Below, one piece after another: positions 62,901 through 64,000 of a DNA stretch of 64,000 nucleotides (positions are counted from its first letter, which is position 1; each line of letters starts with the position of its first letter). Position numbers and translations under genes: made by a program. Source of the stretch: Auanema rhodensis (lineage: Eukaryota; Animalia; Nematoda); assembly GCA_964057225.1 (NCBI GenBank), contig OZ059900.1:12462001-12526000 (forward strand), written 5' to 3'. The notes under the pieces are model-generated. The model was given only the letters and a program-made list of their open reading frames with translations. It searched no databases and had not been told where the DNA came from.

Positions 62901-63772
62901 GCACTGTACAGTGCTGCATTTATTTTACGCAGACGCTCTCTCGGGCCAGAATGCTTGGCAAGGACTCGTTTGACTAATGCATTGCATAAGCCAATTTCAT
63001 CTTTGCCGAGATTTGGTCTCGGGATGTGTAGCGGTTTGCGATTTCCATGTTTCAAGTATTTACGGTACTTGGACATGTATTGTTCCCACGTAATTTCGGG
63101 GATACTGGGTTCTTCTATCGGACTTATAGGAGCACCAGTGATGTCTGCTTGAGATGAAGCATGATGAGAATTTCCTGAATTCTCAATGTTATTCCTAGTC
63201 CGCTTTTGGGGCGGTTTCGGATTGCCTGTATCGGCGTTTCTTTTGATTCCTCGTGTATCCGAGGTTTGAGTCGACTCTGTATCGAGTCTATTTAATGTAA
63301 GTCTCGCGTTTTTTGCGAGGCTAGCCGTCTCCGTTTCTGGAGTTTGTTCGGCTTCTTGGGTTTGCTCTCTCTGGGAAGTGGAAGCACTCATAATTGAGCG
63401 TTTCCTTCCTCGAGTGAGCATACCGGTTATTTGCGAGACGGAATGGTCTCTAGAATCACTAAGATTATTTTGACCTAACATACTTGGCGGAGGGCCGCTC
63501 TCTGGCGGGTTAGATCGGGCTGCCAGAGACACCTCGCTGTCTTGGACACGCCGGCTCCCGCGTGTCTTGGTTTGTCTCGTTATAGGGACTTTACTCATAT
63601 TTGCAAATTGTACGGCTTGCGAACCGTGCCCTGTGTTACATAACTGTAAGTGAAATCCCTTTGTAAGGCAGGGGCATGATTTCAGAATTATTTTCGGACT
63701 TATGGTCCTAATCAGATTGGACGAGACGGAATAGTCTCTACGGTTATGTTTGAGATGTAAATCTCGCTCCAA
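59983..63772 (-). pseudogene. Family B RT-RLE polyprotein, split by a 2-bp net deletion near 61958
   Basis: ggtttcgaatcg here versus ggtttagggaatcg in copy 1. Confidence 0.9.
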
Positions 63773-63977
63773 GGTTCTTCTTCACAGAATTCTCTTGTAT
63801 AGAGCATTTTCGGACGAATAGTCCTAGTGGGTCGAGACGGAATGGTCTCTATGATTATGTTTGAGATGTAAATCTCGCTCCAAGGTCCTTCTTACAGAAT
63901 TCTCTTATATAGAGCATTTTCGGACGAATAGTCCTAGTGGGTCGAGACGGAATGGTCTCTATGATTATGTTTGAGAA
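63745..63977 (-). repeat. Two ~110-bp monomers in the family B copy 2 5' UTR
   Basis: tgtttgaga at 63747, 63858 and 63968. Confidence 0.93.
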
Positions 63978-64000
63978 GTATTTCTCATTCCTAAATCCTT

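Larger units (their letters stand above)
59645..64000 (-). mobile_element. Family B copy 2; the 5' end runs off the window
   Basis: Highly similar to copy 1; lacks the 54827-55700 cassette. Confidence 0.93.

Overview
Eukaryotic 45S rDNA array from a rhabditid-type nematode (18S begins TATCTGATTGATTCTGTCAGC; short introns with TTTCAG-type acceptors). The repeat unit is about 6571 bp, transcribed on the - strand, with a compact spacer of about 670 bp. The array is heavily rearranged: an inversion, tandem duplications and a recurrent 38-bp 18S deletion. Two distinct families of R4-like RT-RLE retrotransposons (A and B here) insert at the same 28S site (TTAG/TGACGCGCATG), once stacked in tandem. 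Each family has a readable HDV-like ribozyme at its 5' end. Family A has a Myb domain. Family B has no evident Myb domain but carries a 3'-UTR segment antisense to the 28S sequence just beyond the target duplication, plus 110-bp 5' monomers. One B copy also holds a cassette in which a diverged rDNA ETS/18S 5' end precedes a splice acceptor and a small spliced gene. A 4.5-kb Maverick/Polinton remnant abuts 28S; it has an AGTAGT terminus, an adenain-like protease, a putative fusogen fragment and two intron-containing cargo genes. rRNA ends are approximate. All structure and homology calls were made by eye.
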